The position numbers were made by a program, and so were the translations under genes. 64,000 bases of DNA, taken from Nitrospirales bacterium (GTDB lineage: Bacteria > Nitrospirota > Nitrospiria > Nitrospirales > UBA8639). Location: the NCBI GenBank assembly GCA_965203295.1, contig CBDBCZ010000019.1:320001-384000 (forward strand), given 5' to 3'. The notes beneath the pieces are model-generated. The model saw only the letters and a program-made list of their open reading frames with translations. It had not been told where the DNA came from and searched no databases. Shown here one piece after another: positions 49,288 to 59,336 of this stretch (within the stretch, counting starts at the first letter, position 1; each line of letters starts with the position of its first letter).

Positions 49288-50451
49288 ATGAACACCAAAA
49301 CACTCAGCCTGTTAGGAGTCGCGACCTTCGTGTTGGTTGTCGGGGCCTTCGTTCTTATCCAACAACAGGACACGACGAATACGAGCGGCACCCCATTAGT
49401 ATTTCCTAACCTTCAATCTGCTATGAATGATGTGCATGACATGACAGTTGTCACGAGCAATGGAAAAATAACTATACGACCCCACGAGGATTCTTGGAGG
49501 ATACAAGAAAAATCGGGATACTATGCTGATATGGGAAAAGTTCGAAAAACCATCATTGGCCTTGCGGAGCTTCGTATTGTTGAACCGAAGACACAGAATC
49601 CCGATCTTTATGAGAGACTGGGACTCCAAGATGTGGACACTGACGGATCTTCGTCTGTGGGTGTGACGTTCAAGGACAAGAGTGGAAATAATTTAGCTGA
49701 TATCATCGTGGGCAATAAGAGGATTGGGAAGGGGGCTCCGGGCCGGGAAGAAGTCTATATTCGAAAACCTGGTACCCCGCAGACGTGGTTGGCAACTGGT
49801 CAATTTGAAGTTGAAAGAATTTCAGAGGAGTGGTTGGATAAAACAATCCTCAATTTTCCACCCAAAAGAATCAATCGTGTACACATTCTCCATCCCGATA
49901 AAACTGCGGTGACATTACGTAAGGATAATCCGGAAGATACTGATTACAAAATTCTGGGATTGCCTCCGAATACAAAAGTGAAGTCCCAATTTACAGTCAA
50001 TAATATCGTTTCAACATTGAGCAATGTCTCTCTCGACGATGTGGCGCCTGCGGAACAGTCGTCGGTTAAGGAAGACACTGGAGTCAGGGCCGCACTCGAA
50101 ACGATCGATGGATTACGGGCTACAGTGACTCTCGTGAAAAAAGATGGGAAGACCTACGTCACCGTCTCTTCGGGGTTTGATCGGAACATTATTCAAAAGC
50201 TTGATCAAGCTCCTAAAAAAGGCGACAACCAGGAGATATCAAAAGAACAAGGGTTTCAGGACTCATCGCCAAATGCCAAACAAGCGGATGAAAGCGAACC
50301 CAAGACACCAAAAATGAAATCGGAAGAAGATGTTCAAGCGGAAGTAGCCGGCCTCAACCAAAGACTTCAAGGGTGGGTTTTTACCATTCCCGAATTTCGG
50401 GCTGAAAACATCAGGAAAACATTGACAGATCTAATCGAAAAAGAGTCGTAA
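49288..50451 (+). CDS. DUF4340-type membrane-anchored protein
   Basis: N-terminal TM segment and the usual position after GldG-like genes. Confidence 0.75.
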   Translation: MNTKTLSLLGVATFVLVVGAFVLIQQQDTTNTSGTPLVFPNLQSAMNDVHDMTVVTSNGKITIRPHEDSWRIQEKSGYYADMGKVRKTIIGLAELRIVEPKTQNPDLYERLGLQDVDTDGSSSVGVTFKDKSGNNLADIIVGNKRIGKGAPGREEVYIRKPGTPQTWLATGQFEVERISEEWLDKTILNFPPKRINRVHILHPDKTAVTLRKDNPEDTDYKILGLPPNTKVKSQFTVNNIVSTLSNVSLDDVAPAEQSSVKEDTGVRAALETIDGLRATVTLVKKDGKTYVTVSSGFDRNIIQKLDQAPKKGDNQEISKEQGFQDSSPNAKQADESEPKTPKMKSEEDVQAEVAGLNQRLQGWVFTIPEFRAENIRKTLTDLIEKES

Positions 50452-50459
50452 ACGAATTA

Positions 50460-51122
50460 CTAAGATGGTCCTTCCCATTTGAGGTTTTTAGAGGTAGGGA
50501 GTGCCACCAAAGCATGACAAAGTTCTTCGTACACTTGCATCAGGCGTTGGTCCTCAAGCTTATAGGCGAGGGAAATGAGGATCAACCCGAAGGCCAGAAC
50601 CAACACCCCTAGTACGAATACTCCCAGACCCATCAGCAGTCCTCCTGCAGATCCAAATCCTCCATCCATGGCAAAAGAGACAAGAAAAGCCAATGTGCCC
50701 AGGCTTACAAGACCAAGCCAGATGAGTGCAAGAATGGCCGAGGACCACGGCATGCGTTTGACGAGCTTAAAGGCAAGGGCTTGCTCTGTAGAGCAAACGT
50801 CTATGGTGCCCTTGAGAGGCCACGCTGTTCGAAAACGCATAGCGAATAGCCCATAAAAGGGTCTGATGACAATCACTTGTTGACTGTCAAACCATCGTGC
50901 CATGCCATGGGGCAATTGTAAAAACCCATTTTGGTCGAACCGTTTATTCAAGCCATCTGCCTGCTTGTTTTCCAACCATTCCTCTCGTTGAGAAATTCCG
51001 CACCCATATCGGGCAGAGAGTCCTCGAAGGTTGGTGAATTGATACCAATCCCCGATGAGAAGCATCACGAATAACAAGAGACCAAAGACGATGGCGACGA
51101 TCATCGTATTCCACGATAGCAC
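50460..51122 (-). CDS. Hypothetical membrane protein
   Basis: 220-aa ORF with 3 hydrophobic segments; start uncertain. Confidence 0.65.
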   Translation of the reverse strand: MLSWNTMIVAIVFGLLLFVMLLIGDWYQFTNLRGLSARYGCGISQREEWLENKQADGLNKRFDQNGFLQLPHGMARWFDSQQVIVIRPFYGLFAMRFRTAWPLKGTIDVCSTEQALAFKLVKRMPWSSAILALIWLGLVSLGTLAFLVSFAMDGGFGSAGGLLMGLGVFVLGVLVLAFGLILISLAYKLEDQRLMQVYEELCHALVALPTSKNLKWEGPS

Positions 51123-51158
51123 AAGGACCAGAATTTCAAAAAGTCCAACACACTTGCG

Positions 51159-51189
51159 TTGACATTTCCTCCACGGCCTATGCTACTAT
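51159..51189 (+). promoter_or_regulatory. Probable sigma70 promoter of tRNA-fMet
   Basis: TTGACA at 51159 and extended -10 TGcTACTAT immediately upstream of the tRNA; spacing is longer than ideal. Confidence 0.5.
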
Positions 51190-51194
51190 TGCGT

Positions 51195-51551
51195 CGCGGG
51201 GTGGAGCAGTCTGGTAGCTCGTTGGGCTCAATTTCGTAGGATTCTCTCATTCGCCTATTGCTGTCACATTTAGCAATCAATCCTACATCGGGCTGTACAG
51301 AAGGAAACTTCTGTGCGATCACCTGTCAAATTCGGGGAAACCGGTGGCGCGGTAATCCCGAGCCAAGCTCTGATAGTGGAAAGACTAACAGAGAAGGTGT
51401 AGAGACTTAACGGCAGGCACCCTAACGGCGGGATAGCCGGACCGAGGGTGAAGAGAAAGTCCAGACCACAAACTGGTTCAGCCAGGCAGCGCAAGCTGTC
51501 GTGGTATGCATAACCCAAAGGTCGGGGGTTCAAATCCCTCCCCCGCAACCA
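51195..51551 (+). tRNA. Initiator tRNA-fMet(CAT), split (exons 51195-51228 and 51509-51551)
   Basis: Joined exons give CGCGGGGTGGAGCAGTCTGGTAGCTCGTTGGGCT/CATAACCCAAAGGTCGGGGGTTCAAATCCCTCCCCCGCAACCA, with C1:A72 mismatch and GGG/CCC anticodon stem. Confidence 0.95.
51229..51508 (+). ncRNA. Group I self-splicing intron (IC3-like), 280 nt
   Basis: Inserted after U33 and ends in G; P AAATTCGGGGAA, Q AATCCCGAGC, R GTAGAGACTT, S AAGAGAAAGTCC; P3 CCTGTC/GGCAGG; P8 CACCCT/AGGGTG. Confidence 0.93.
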
Positions 51552-51569
51552 ATCGAAATCTGTTTGATG

Positions 51570-51609
51570 AAAAAGGCCTTGTCGATGCATTCGGTAAGGT
51601 CTTTTTTTT
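51570..51609 (+). terminator. Intrinsic terminator after tRNA-fMet
   Basis: AAGGCCTTGTCGA-loop-TCGGTAAGGTCTT hairpin followed by a T run. Confidence 0.75.
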
Positions 51610-51826
51610 GAAAAAGACTCAATCTTTAGAGTTCGAATTTGGTAGAGTTACCGAAATATGGGTGTGTCCCCAATGGTGGAATGAAACAATAAAGTGCCAG
51701 GGAGTAGGAGGGAGTTTTAAATTCTTGAATCCCCCTCAATGGGGAGAAGAAAAGGGGAAATTGAAGAAAAGGTCCCACGCTTCAGGTCATGTGTGTCGGT
51801 GAGTGAGAGTAAAGACTATGAAATTT

Positions 51827-52693
51827 TCAGCGGGTTGGTGTCGTGGTCGATCGGCGCAAGGAATTGGTTAATCCAAGCAGGGAGAGTGAATAAATCAACC
51901 ACTTAGAAGGATCGAAATTATACCACTTTGGTCCGTTCCTATAGTCGCTTTGGTACATGTGGTGATAGTTGTGATAGCCTTCTCCAAAAGTGACTAAGGA
52001 AACCCACCAACTATCCTGGCTGGAATCACTCGTTCCGTGTGGCTGGCTCCCCCATAGGTGACAGACTGAATTAATACAGAAAGTGGAATTAAGAACGAAA
52101 AACGTCCGTCCTAACCCTGCGAGAAGGAAGCACCCCAAAGCACTGAACCATCCATTATAAAGAAAGCCTACAACAAAGGGGAGCAAAAACCCGGAGAGGA
52201 AAATAGGCACATAATACTTGTTTTGCCACATGACCACAGGATCCTGTTTAAGGCGGGTGGCATACTTCTCAGCCTTATGGGGATCCTTCCAAAAGAGCCA
52301 GCCGCAATGGCTATACCAAAACCCTAGTTTGGCATTATAGGGGTCTTCTTCCAGGTCACATCGCGCATGATGCCGAATATGGTCGGCAGACCATTTCAGT
52401 GCGGAGTTTTCCAACGCCCACCCACCGGCGATTAATAACACTCTCTTCACCCAATCTGGGCAGTCAAAACTTCGATGGGCGCAGAGGCGATGGTACCCCA
52501 CTGTAATTCCCAAACCCGAAATCATGTAAAGAATGGCAAACATGGTCCAGTCCAACCAAGTAAAATCATAATAATAGGCAAAGGTCGGAAGCCCAATAAT
52601 TGCCCCAAGCGTGACGAGGCTAAAGAGAAATGTCGTCATATAGTCAAAGTTTCTGGTGAGTTCGATTGTTTGTTGTTCAGAATGATGAGTCAT
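51827..52693 (-). CDS. Acyl-CoA (delta-9 type) fatty acid desaturase
   Basis: His boxes HRLCAH, HIRHH and HNYHH. Confidence 0.93.
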   Translation of the reverse strand: MTHHSEQQTIELTRNFDYMTTFLFSLVTLGAIIGLPTFAYYYDFTWLDWTMFAILYMISGLGITVGYHRLCAHRSFDCPDWVKRVLLIAGGWALENSALKWSADHIRHHARCDLEEDPYNAKLGFWYSHCGWLFWKDPHKAEKYATRLKQDPVVMWQNKYYVPIFLSGFLLPFVVGFLYNGWFSALGCFLLAGLGRTFFVLNSTFCINSVCHLWGSQPHGTSDSSQDSWWVSLVTFGEGYHNYHHMYQSDYRNGPKWYNFDPSKWLIYSLSLLGLTNSLRRSTTTPTR

Positions 52694-53310
52694 GAATAGA
52701 AATCCTCTAGATATAGATACACATTATTCACCCAAGGAACCTTGCCCTTGTTTGGACCCTTACTTTGTGAATCATGAAAGTGAGGTGCTGTCCTTGAAGT
52801 GTTTTCCACAAAAAGAAACTCACCCTACCGTCTTAAGAGCCCCTTCCCACATGAGGGTGAAGGCAATCCGCAACAGCACCGTATAGGCGAGTAAGCTCTA
52901 GAATACCGTCAACGATCAAGATTGTAAAGTTAAAAATCAAATTTCTATTTTCACAGTATTTTCATTATCTTAGATACCTTCGTCCTGGTTGATTAGGGAA
53001 CATTGGACCTAACGACAAGCCCCACAAAGAATCTGTCCGTAGTCCATGCCTCTGACATTGTCCACAAAAAGAGTTTTCCGAATTTCTAGAATGGAGAGTA
53101 GAAGAGATCCAGGGATGACGATCGCCCAACAAAGCCATAGTCGATTTCACGATGCAAAAGACTAGCAGACTTTACTCGGAGTTGAGAACAGAGGTGAGAA
53201 CAATTGAGATTTGGGCCAGACGGTAGGCCTCTTTCCTGGAAGTTTTGGCTTGTCCTCCCAATACCCACGATATAGGGGAGGAAAATGGTCAGTGCTGTCT
53301 GACCAAACCT

Positions 53311-53601
53311 TTAGTATGACCTTGGCCCCCTTTCCCTAGGACCCCCTTTTCTTACTTGGGGACGGGCTTCATTCACAACCAGGTTTCGACCCTGAAACTC
53401 GGTCCCATTCAATGCACTAATGGCTTTTTGTGCTTCCTCTGCACTCGCCATTTCGACGAATCCAAATCCCCTGGATCGGCCAGTCTCCCGGTCTGTCACA
53501 ACATTTGCCGTTTGAACTGTCCCATGCTGTGCAAAGAGTTCTTGCAAGTCCTGATCTGTCGAGCCGTAGGCAAGGTTGCCAACATAGATTTTTTGGTTCA
53601 C
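53311..53601 (-). CDS. RRM RNA-binding protein
   Basis: KIYVGNL (RNP2) and RGFGFVEM (RNP1); GGAGG RBS, GTG start. Confidence 0.93.
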   Translation of the reverse strand: MNQKIYVGNLAYGSTDQDLQELFAQHGTVQTANVVTDRETGRSRGFGFVEMASAEEAQKAISALNGTEFQGRNLVVNEARPQVRKGGPRERGPRSY

Positions 53602-53740
53602 ATCTACCTCCGTTTAACTGTATTCGAGATTGTCCCAGAGAGGGAAGAAATAGGAAAGGGAGATAGACAACCGCCCTGCAAAGCTTCGTCTCATCTGACC
53701 TATTTCAAGAAGGATCTTTCTCACCAGTCCACGTCTGCTG

Positions 53741-53787
53741 AGGGCCTCTCACACCTTTTATCCTTTATCGCTAGGCCCCATAGCGAT
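53741..53787 (-). promoter_or_regulatory. Candidate structured 5' leader motif of RRM gene 2
   Basis: ATCGCTA-TGGGGCC-TAGCGAT hairpin with downstream AGGCCCT; TTGAAC-17 nt-TAGGCT promoter just upstream. Confidence 0.55.
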
Positions 53788-53870
53788 CGATTGACGAGCC
53801 AGCCTAGCACCAGTTTAGGCTAAGTTCAACACTTGTAAACCCTATGTCACGTTACTTGCGGAAAGAATTT

Positions 53871-54901
53871 TGAACTTGCTTCGTTTGCGTGGACACTCAG
53901 CCTAGTTTTGCCATCTGTTGCTCATAGTCTGTTGGGCTGATATTTCCTAGGTGTTGATGACGTCTCGCCCGATTATAAAACACCTCAATATAATCGAATA
54001 ATTCGGCTCGCGCGACTTCACAGGTTTTGAAGATGTGGCGACGGATTTTCTCCTTCTTCAAGCTCTCGAAGAAGGACTCGACCGGCGCGTTATCATAACA
54101 GTTGCCTCGGCGACTCATGCTGGGGAGCAACGCATGTGTCTGGCAGAATCGAGTCCAGTCATCGCTGCTGAACTGCGACCTCTGATCCGAATGGATAATG
54201 GATAATGACGTTCTGCTTGGGCTTGCGTCGCCAGACGGCCATCAGTAAGGCATCCAGCACAATTTCTTTGGCCAGGGTGGCCTTCATCGACCAGCCGATG
54301 ATCCGGTGTGAGTAGAGATCCATCACTACCGCCAGATAGAGCCACCCTTCGTAGGTCCGAATATAGGTGATGTCGGTCGCCCACACATGATCCGGCCGGT
54401 CGATCGCAAACTGTTGCTCCAAGCGATTCGGGGCAGCCACCGCCGGCTTGGTATAACGCACGCCGGGTGGCTTATACCCTCGCTGGGCGAGGATCTTATG
54501 GCGCCTCATCAGCTTGGCAATCCGGTTCTTGCCCACACATTCCCCCACTTCTCGCAGATCGCAAAGAATGCGGGGGGCACCATAGGTGCGGCCATTCGCC
54601 TCATGCTCTTCCTGAGCTCGACTGAGTTCCGCCTTCAGCTTCAGGGTCTCGCGCCGCACCTCTTTGAGTTCGGCTTCATACCGATCGGTGGTGTTGGGGG
54701 CATACACCTTGACCCACTTGTACAGACTTTGCACCGAAATCCCCAAGCGTTTCGCGACATCGCCCACGGCGTACCCCCGCTCGATGACCTGCTTGACCGC
54801 TTCTTCTTTGAACTCGTCTGCAAATTTCCCTTTGGTCATACCGGGTCCTCCTCTGCTTTAATTTTAAGCTTAGGAGTGTCCACCGATTCAGAGCAAGTCC
54901 A
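53871..54901 (-). mobile_element. IS3-family element, copy 2 (1031 bp), inverted relative to copy 1
   Basis: Same ends and identical ORF translations as copy 1; TTT on both flanks (possible 3-bp target duplication). Confidence 0.93.
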
Positions 54902-55124
54902 TTTCGACCATCAGAAATCTCTCAGATAGGATGGGATTTGGGAAGTCCGAGTAGGGTATTCAGAAATCTTCCTCGTTGATATTCAGCTGATTTAGATTCA
55001 ACCTGATTGGATGTAAGGCTTTCTTACTATACTCTGAGTCCCAGGATCTGACTCACGGTCGGAGAACAGAAATCTTCTAAGAATACCATATAGATGATAG
55101 GCAGGAGCCCATTATCTCCTACAG

Positions 55125-55460
55125 TTACAGTGATAGTTCTGGTGGAGTTGGTGTAATAGCCGTGAGTTTTCCTCTCATCTTTTTTATTTCGGTTTCAACG
55201 GCACCGAAAGCTAATCGAATGGCCTCTTCAAAAGTTTTAGCTTCTTTCCTCGCCGTAATGGTATGGCGGGGAGGAACGGTTACGACGATGAGAGCTTCAG
55301 CGTTGTCGCTTCCCTTTTTATGATGAGAATTTTTCGTCAGGGTGACTCGCCCATGTGTCAGGTTGTCAAACTCCTCTTGCAGGAAATTCATGCGTTGTTC
55401 AATCTCGCTTTTCCAACGAGGTGTCATCCCGACATTTCGGCTTTCGATTTTGAGGTCCAT
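55125..55460 (-). CDS. HPF/RaiA-family ribosome-associated protein
   Basis: MDLKIESRNVGMT...FEEAIRLAFGAVETEIKK fold pattern. Confidence 0.8.
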   Translation of the reverse strand: MDLKIESRNVGMTPRWKSEIEQRMNFLQEEFDNLTHGRVTLTKNSHHKKGSDNAEALIVVTVPPRHTITARKEAKTFEEAIRLAFGAVETEIKKMRGKLTAITPTPPELSL

Positions 55461-55760
55461 CCATCCATCCTTCCTTCCTTTTTGAATACTAACTTTCTCC
55501 AGACACTTTCCTGATGATCACTTTCGATTTGAGACAAGAAAGATCGGATTCCGGTATCCTCATCATCTCAATAATACAATACGCAACCACACGAGGCCTA
55601 GTATCTTCATCAATGATCCCCTCAGTTGTACCACCATGAATCGGACAAGCAATATTTAGGCATGAATGCCGTGGCTTGAGCTCCTTTTTCGGTGGCTTGT
55701 CTTGCGAACTGGAATGACCCTGAGGTACTATCTCCGATCCACTCATTACAAGGAGCTGCC

Positions 55761-56528
55761 ATGTCAAAGTCTACCAGTCAACGCGAAAGAAAAGAAGTCT
55801 CCTTTGATAAGAATATTGACCAATTTCGTAGACAGTTGGATACGCTGCGAGGTTTTATTGTCGGGGGGCAAAAGAACGAATCCATCGAAGAATTCGATTT
55901 GACGGTTGAGGATTTGATTAGTCAGGTATTTGGCAGTTCTTCCCAGTTCGTCGATGCTTACGATTATGCTCAGCTTGGTGAGGCTGGGGGGTTAGTCAAC
56001 TTAACGAAAGAGGGGCCAGAAGGGGCATCGCTGGATACCGGTCGGGAAAATTTGCGCCAACGGCAGCGAGTTTTGGAAAGTTGCGTCGCCGACCTGGAAG
56101 CCCGTAGGGCGGGAATGAATAAGGGAGCTCCTGCCAAACCGACCAAAGGACCTCGGGTGTCAGAATTTATGTCTCCAAGGGCTCAATCCATTTCCATGGA
56201 TGCGACGTTAAAGGAGGCTGCCTGCCTCTTGCAGAATATGAAGATTGGCTCTCTTCTTGTTGAAGGAGGCGATGAATTTATTGGGAGTATTTCTGAAACA
56301 GAATTAAGTCATGAGGTGGTCGCCCGCGGTGTTGATCCTTTAACGACAACAGTGAAAACATGTATGCGGGAACCTCTTATCACGATTGAGAGCAGTGAAG
56401 CCATTGTTGAAGTGGTCAAACTCATGAAAGAAAAAGCCATACGTCATGCCGCAGTCACAGAGAGTGGGAAAATTATAGGCGTGATCTCTGTTTCCGATAT
56501 CCTTCGTTATTATTCTGGTGTTGTCTAG
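55761..56528 (+). CDS. N-terminal helical domain plus CBS pair protein
   Basis: AAGGAG RBS; CBS motifs IGSLLV and IIGVISVSDIL. Confidence 0.88.
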   Translation: MSKSTSQRERKEVSFDKNIDQFRRQLDTLRGFIVGGQKNESIEEFDLTVEDLISQVFGSSSQFVDAYDYAQLGEAGGLVNLTKEGPEGASLDTGRENLRQRQRVLESCVADLEARRAGMNKGAPAKPTKGPRVSEFMSPRAQSISMDATLKEAACLLQNMKIGSLLVEGGDEFIGSISETELSHEVVARGVDPLTTTVKTCMREPLITIESSEAIVEVVKLMKEKAIRHAAVTESGKIIGVISVSDILRYYSGVV

Positions 56529-56670
56529 CTAACCCTTCCCCGAAGATCCTGGTCAAGCAAAGGTTTCGGAGCTATCTGATCTGTGTCCCCATTTCCTGTG
56601 GGGCTCGTCTTTTTTTTATACATTCACATGACAAGAACAACTGATCTCCCTCAAATCAGATCTTTTTTGG

Positions 56671-58248
56671 TCAGGGTTCCCATCTTTTCCTCAATTCCTG
56701 TATGACCAGGGAAACATGTTTTGGATTGGTAGGATCGATCTTCAAAACAAAAGGTCGCTCTTCACTGTCGAGGGGTTCTTGATTCCTGTCCTGGGTTTTC
56801 CACACACTCAGATTCGCATTTGATGCATCGCGCCCTTCGCGTTCACGATCCAGAATACGTTGGCGCGAGTCCTGTTCCGAGGCTTCGGTATGAAGAATGA
56901 CAAACGGAATATTTCGGGATTGAGCCAACTGAAAAAATGATTTTCGGTCCTGTCGATGAAGAAAAGTCGCATCCACGATGACTGGAAACTCTGCGTCGAG
57001 TAGAGATTTGGCAAATTCCTTGAGCCGAGCGTAAGTGGCTTGAGTGGCATCTGCTCCATAGATCTCTGCGATTTGGTCCTGGCTGGAATGTTCCTCCGGC
57101 TTCAGTCCAAAAAGGCGTTTTCGTTCTACGTCTGACCGTAGGCGAATGATGCCTAACTGTTCGAGCAGATGTTGTGAAAGGGTCGTTTTTCCCGATCCAG
57201 AAAGACCATGCATAATGATCAAGGCGGGTGAGCTGGGTTGGATTAATCGCGTTGCCCAATTCAAATACCGCCGAAATTCTCGTTGAAGTAACAACTTGTC
57301 ATCTTGGCTTAGAAGAATTTGTTTCATTCGAATGGCCGTCACCTTGGCTCTCACCAAAGCCCGGTAGACTTCGTAAAAACGAAATAAACGCAATCCTTTG
57401 TAATCTCCAGTTCGTTCCAGGTAGTGATTCAAAAAACGATAGGAATAAGAAGTCTGGCCGTGAGTTTTTAAATCCATCACGAAAAAGGCGATTTCACTCA
57501 ATACATCAATCCATCGGAATGCTTCATTGAATTCTATACAATCAAATACAGTGATGCGGTCATGAAGTAACGCCATATTCCCCATATGGAGATCTCCATG
57601 GCATTCCCGAATGAACCCTTCGCGTTTGTGTAAGGTGAACATGTTTTTCGATGAAGAAAATGCGTGATCCATCCATGAGTCAAGTTCATGAATCTGGTCT
57701 TTCTGACTTTCCTCGAAAGCATTCTCAACGAGGTGGTCGAGGCATTCACATATGGGACGCCCAACCATATCAGGATTCCCAAACCGCATTTCATCATCAG
57801 ATATCCGACTACTGCTATGAAACTCAGGGATGTCTTCTACGAGTAAATCAATGTGCTTATTCCTCACCTCACCTCGATCCAGACAGAATGAGAGTAGGGT
57901 CGTTTGGGGGAATTCCCTCATTTTGAGGGTATATTCAATCGAAGGACCCGCACCATTCAGAACAGGACGTTCAGGGGAGCCAGTAATGGGAAGAACTTCA
58001 AGGTACAGAGCTGGCGCTAAGCGCTGATTTAATCGAAGCTCCTCCAGACAATAAAAATGTCGTTTTTCCAATGAGGAGAAATCAGCAAATCCGAGATTGA
58101 CCGGCTTTTTGAGTTTATAGGCGTAAAGACCTGTGAGAATAACCCAAGAAATATGGGTTTCCAGAATTTTTATGTCCTTAACCGGATGCGGAAAAAAATT
58201 AGGATCTTGAAAAGCGGTAAGAAGAGGAGACTTATTGGTCGCATTCAC
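56671..58248 (-). CDS. Bifunctional aminoglycoside-phosphotransferase-like / P-loop kinase protein
   Basis: ETHISW, HGDLH, DCIEF and Walker A GLSGSGKT. Confidence 0.9.
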   Translation of the reverse strand: MNATNKSPLLTAFQDPNFFPHPVKDIKILETHISWVILTGLYAYKLKKPVNLGFADFSSLEKRHFYCLEELRLNQRLAPALYLEVLPITGSPERPVLNGAGPSIEYTLKMREFPQTTLLSFCLDRGEVRNKHIDLLVEDIPEFHSSSRISDDEMRFGNPDMVGRPICECLDHLVENAFEESQKDQIHELDSWMDHAFSSSKNMFTLHKREGFIRECHGDLHMGNMALLHDRITVFDCIEFNEAFRWIDVLSEIAFFVMDLKTHGQTSYSYRFLNHYLERTGDYKGLRLFRFYEVYRALVRAKVTAIRMKQILLSQDDKLLLQREFRRYLNWATRLIQPSSPALIIMHGLSGSGKTTLSQHLLEQLGIIRLRSDVERKRLFGLKPEEHSSQDQIAEIYGADATQATYARLKEFAKSLLDAEFPVIVDATFLHRQDRKSFFQLAQSRNIPFVILHTEASEQDSRQRILDREREGRDASNANLSVWKTQDRNQEPLDSEERPFVLKIDPTNPKHVSLVIQELRKRWEP

Positions 58249-58605
58249 CGTTCGTACCTTTGGAAATGTTCTCTACTATCCTATCAAGAAGGCAAAGGTC
58301 ATACATCAGAGAATATCAATGAATCGAGCTAACCTCGTTGTTCGTTCCACGTGCGATTCTCAGGAAATGTAGAAAATTTGAGGAACATCGGCCACTGTAA
58401 ACAAAAACTTCCTTCTGGAATACTCTATCAGGTGGACTGAGGAAAAGGTTCACCGTAGATCAATCGTCTTCGATAGAAGGATTTTGGAAATAGGGCGAAT
58501 GTTGTTAGAATAAATAATAAATCTATTCGTTTGCTCATCATGCGTGACTAAGAGGAAAAAAGTACTGGCATAGATGTTCCGATTCAATTGTTGCAGAGTC
58601 ATCGA

Positions 58606-59336
58606 ATGATGAAGAAGAGCGTGATCTCTCATATGTTTGCTTGGTGGTCCCTACAGATGCCTATCGCCCTAGTGGTTTTCAATCTTTTGGGAGTTTTTTG
58701 GCAAGAAGTCCCAGTTTCTGCAAGCCCTCCCACCCCCATCACCCGATATAGTCAAATGGCTGTCCCTATTCTCGGGGTGACTTTAGATCGTCATAGGCAA
58801 CCAGTCGGTGTCGTCATTCAAGTCATCATATATTTTATTGAACGAAATGATCAGAATGGTCTTCAAATTCTTTTTCAGAACAATTTCGGGAAATTTTCCC
58901 CTATGGCTAAAGAGTCTGTTCATAGTGCCATTACACGAGTGTCTCGATTGGCTCATGTCCGTTCAGACTCTTGGACTGTGTATCTCACCTTTCCCTATAG
59001 CGGATCGACCATGTACGGTGAAAGTTTGTCGGCCATGGTTGGATTGAGTGTCCTTGCGTTAGCCAAAGGGCATGCGGTTATATACGGACGGTCTATCACC
59101 GGAACCATCACCGAGAACGGGCAGATTGGAAAGGTGGTGGTGTCCCAGAAAAAATTGAAGCAGCTTTTTCGAAGAATCTAGATCGCATACTCATTCCAGA
59201 AGAAAGAGATGTTGGAGATGCTGACTGGCAGACGCCGTTCCTTATGCAAGTTTCCCCTGTCGGAACTGTGGGTAAGGCCTATTATGGACTGACCGGATAC
59301 CCTCTTCACGACCCTTCCCAAGAGGAATCATCGTAG
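58606..59336 (+). pseudogene. Lon-type (S16) protease domain protein, frameshift at ~59135
   Basis: GESLSAMVGL and ITGTI...GKV(GG)VPEKIEAA across a 1-nt shift. Confidence 0.75.

Noticed and set aside
51270..51802. ORFs overlapping the tRNA and intron as a possible homing endonuclease
   Set aside because: They are antisense or run through the tRNA exon and ribozyme core, with no nuclease motif
29189..54901. Composite transposon bounded by the two IS3 copies
   Set aside because: The outer flanks are both TTT, but copy 2 has TTT on both of its own sides and the cargo is ordinary chromosomal content including tRNA-fMet; a 3-nt T match is too weak
54905..55080. Three CAGAAATCT motifs next to IS3 copy 2
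   Set aside because: Short and irregularly spaced; insufficient support for an operator or array
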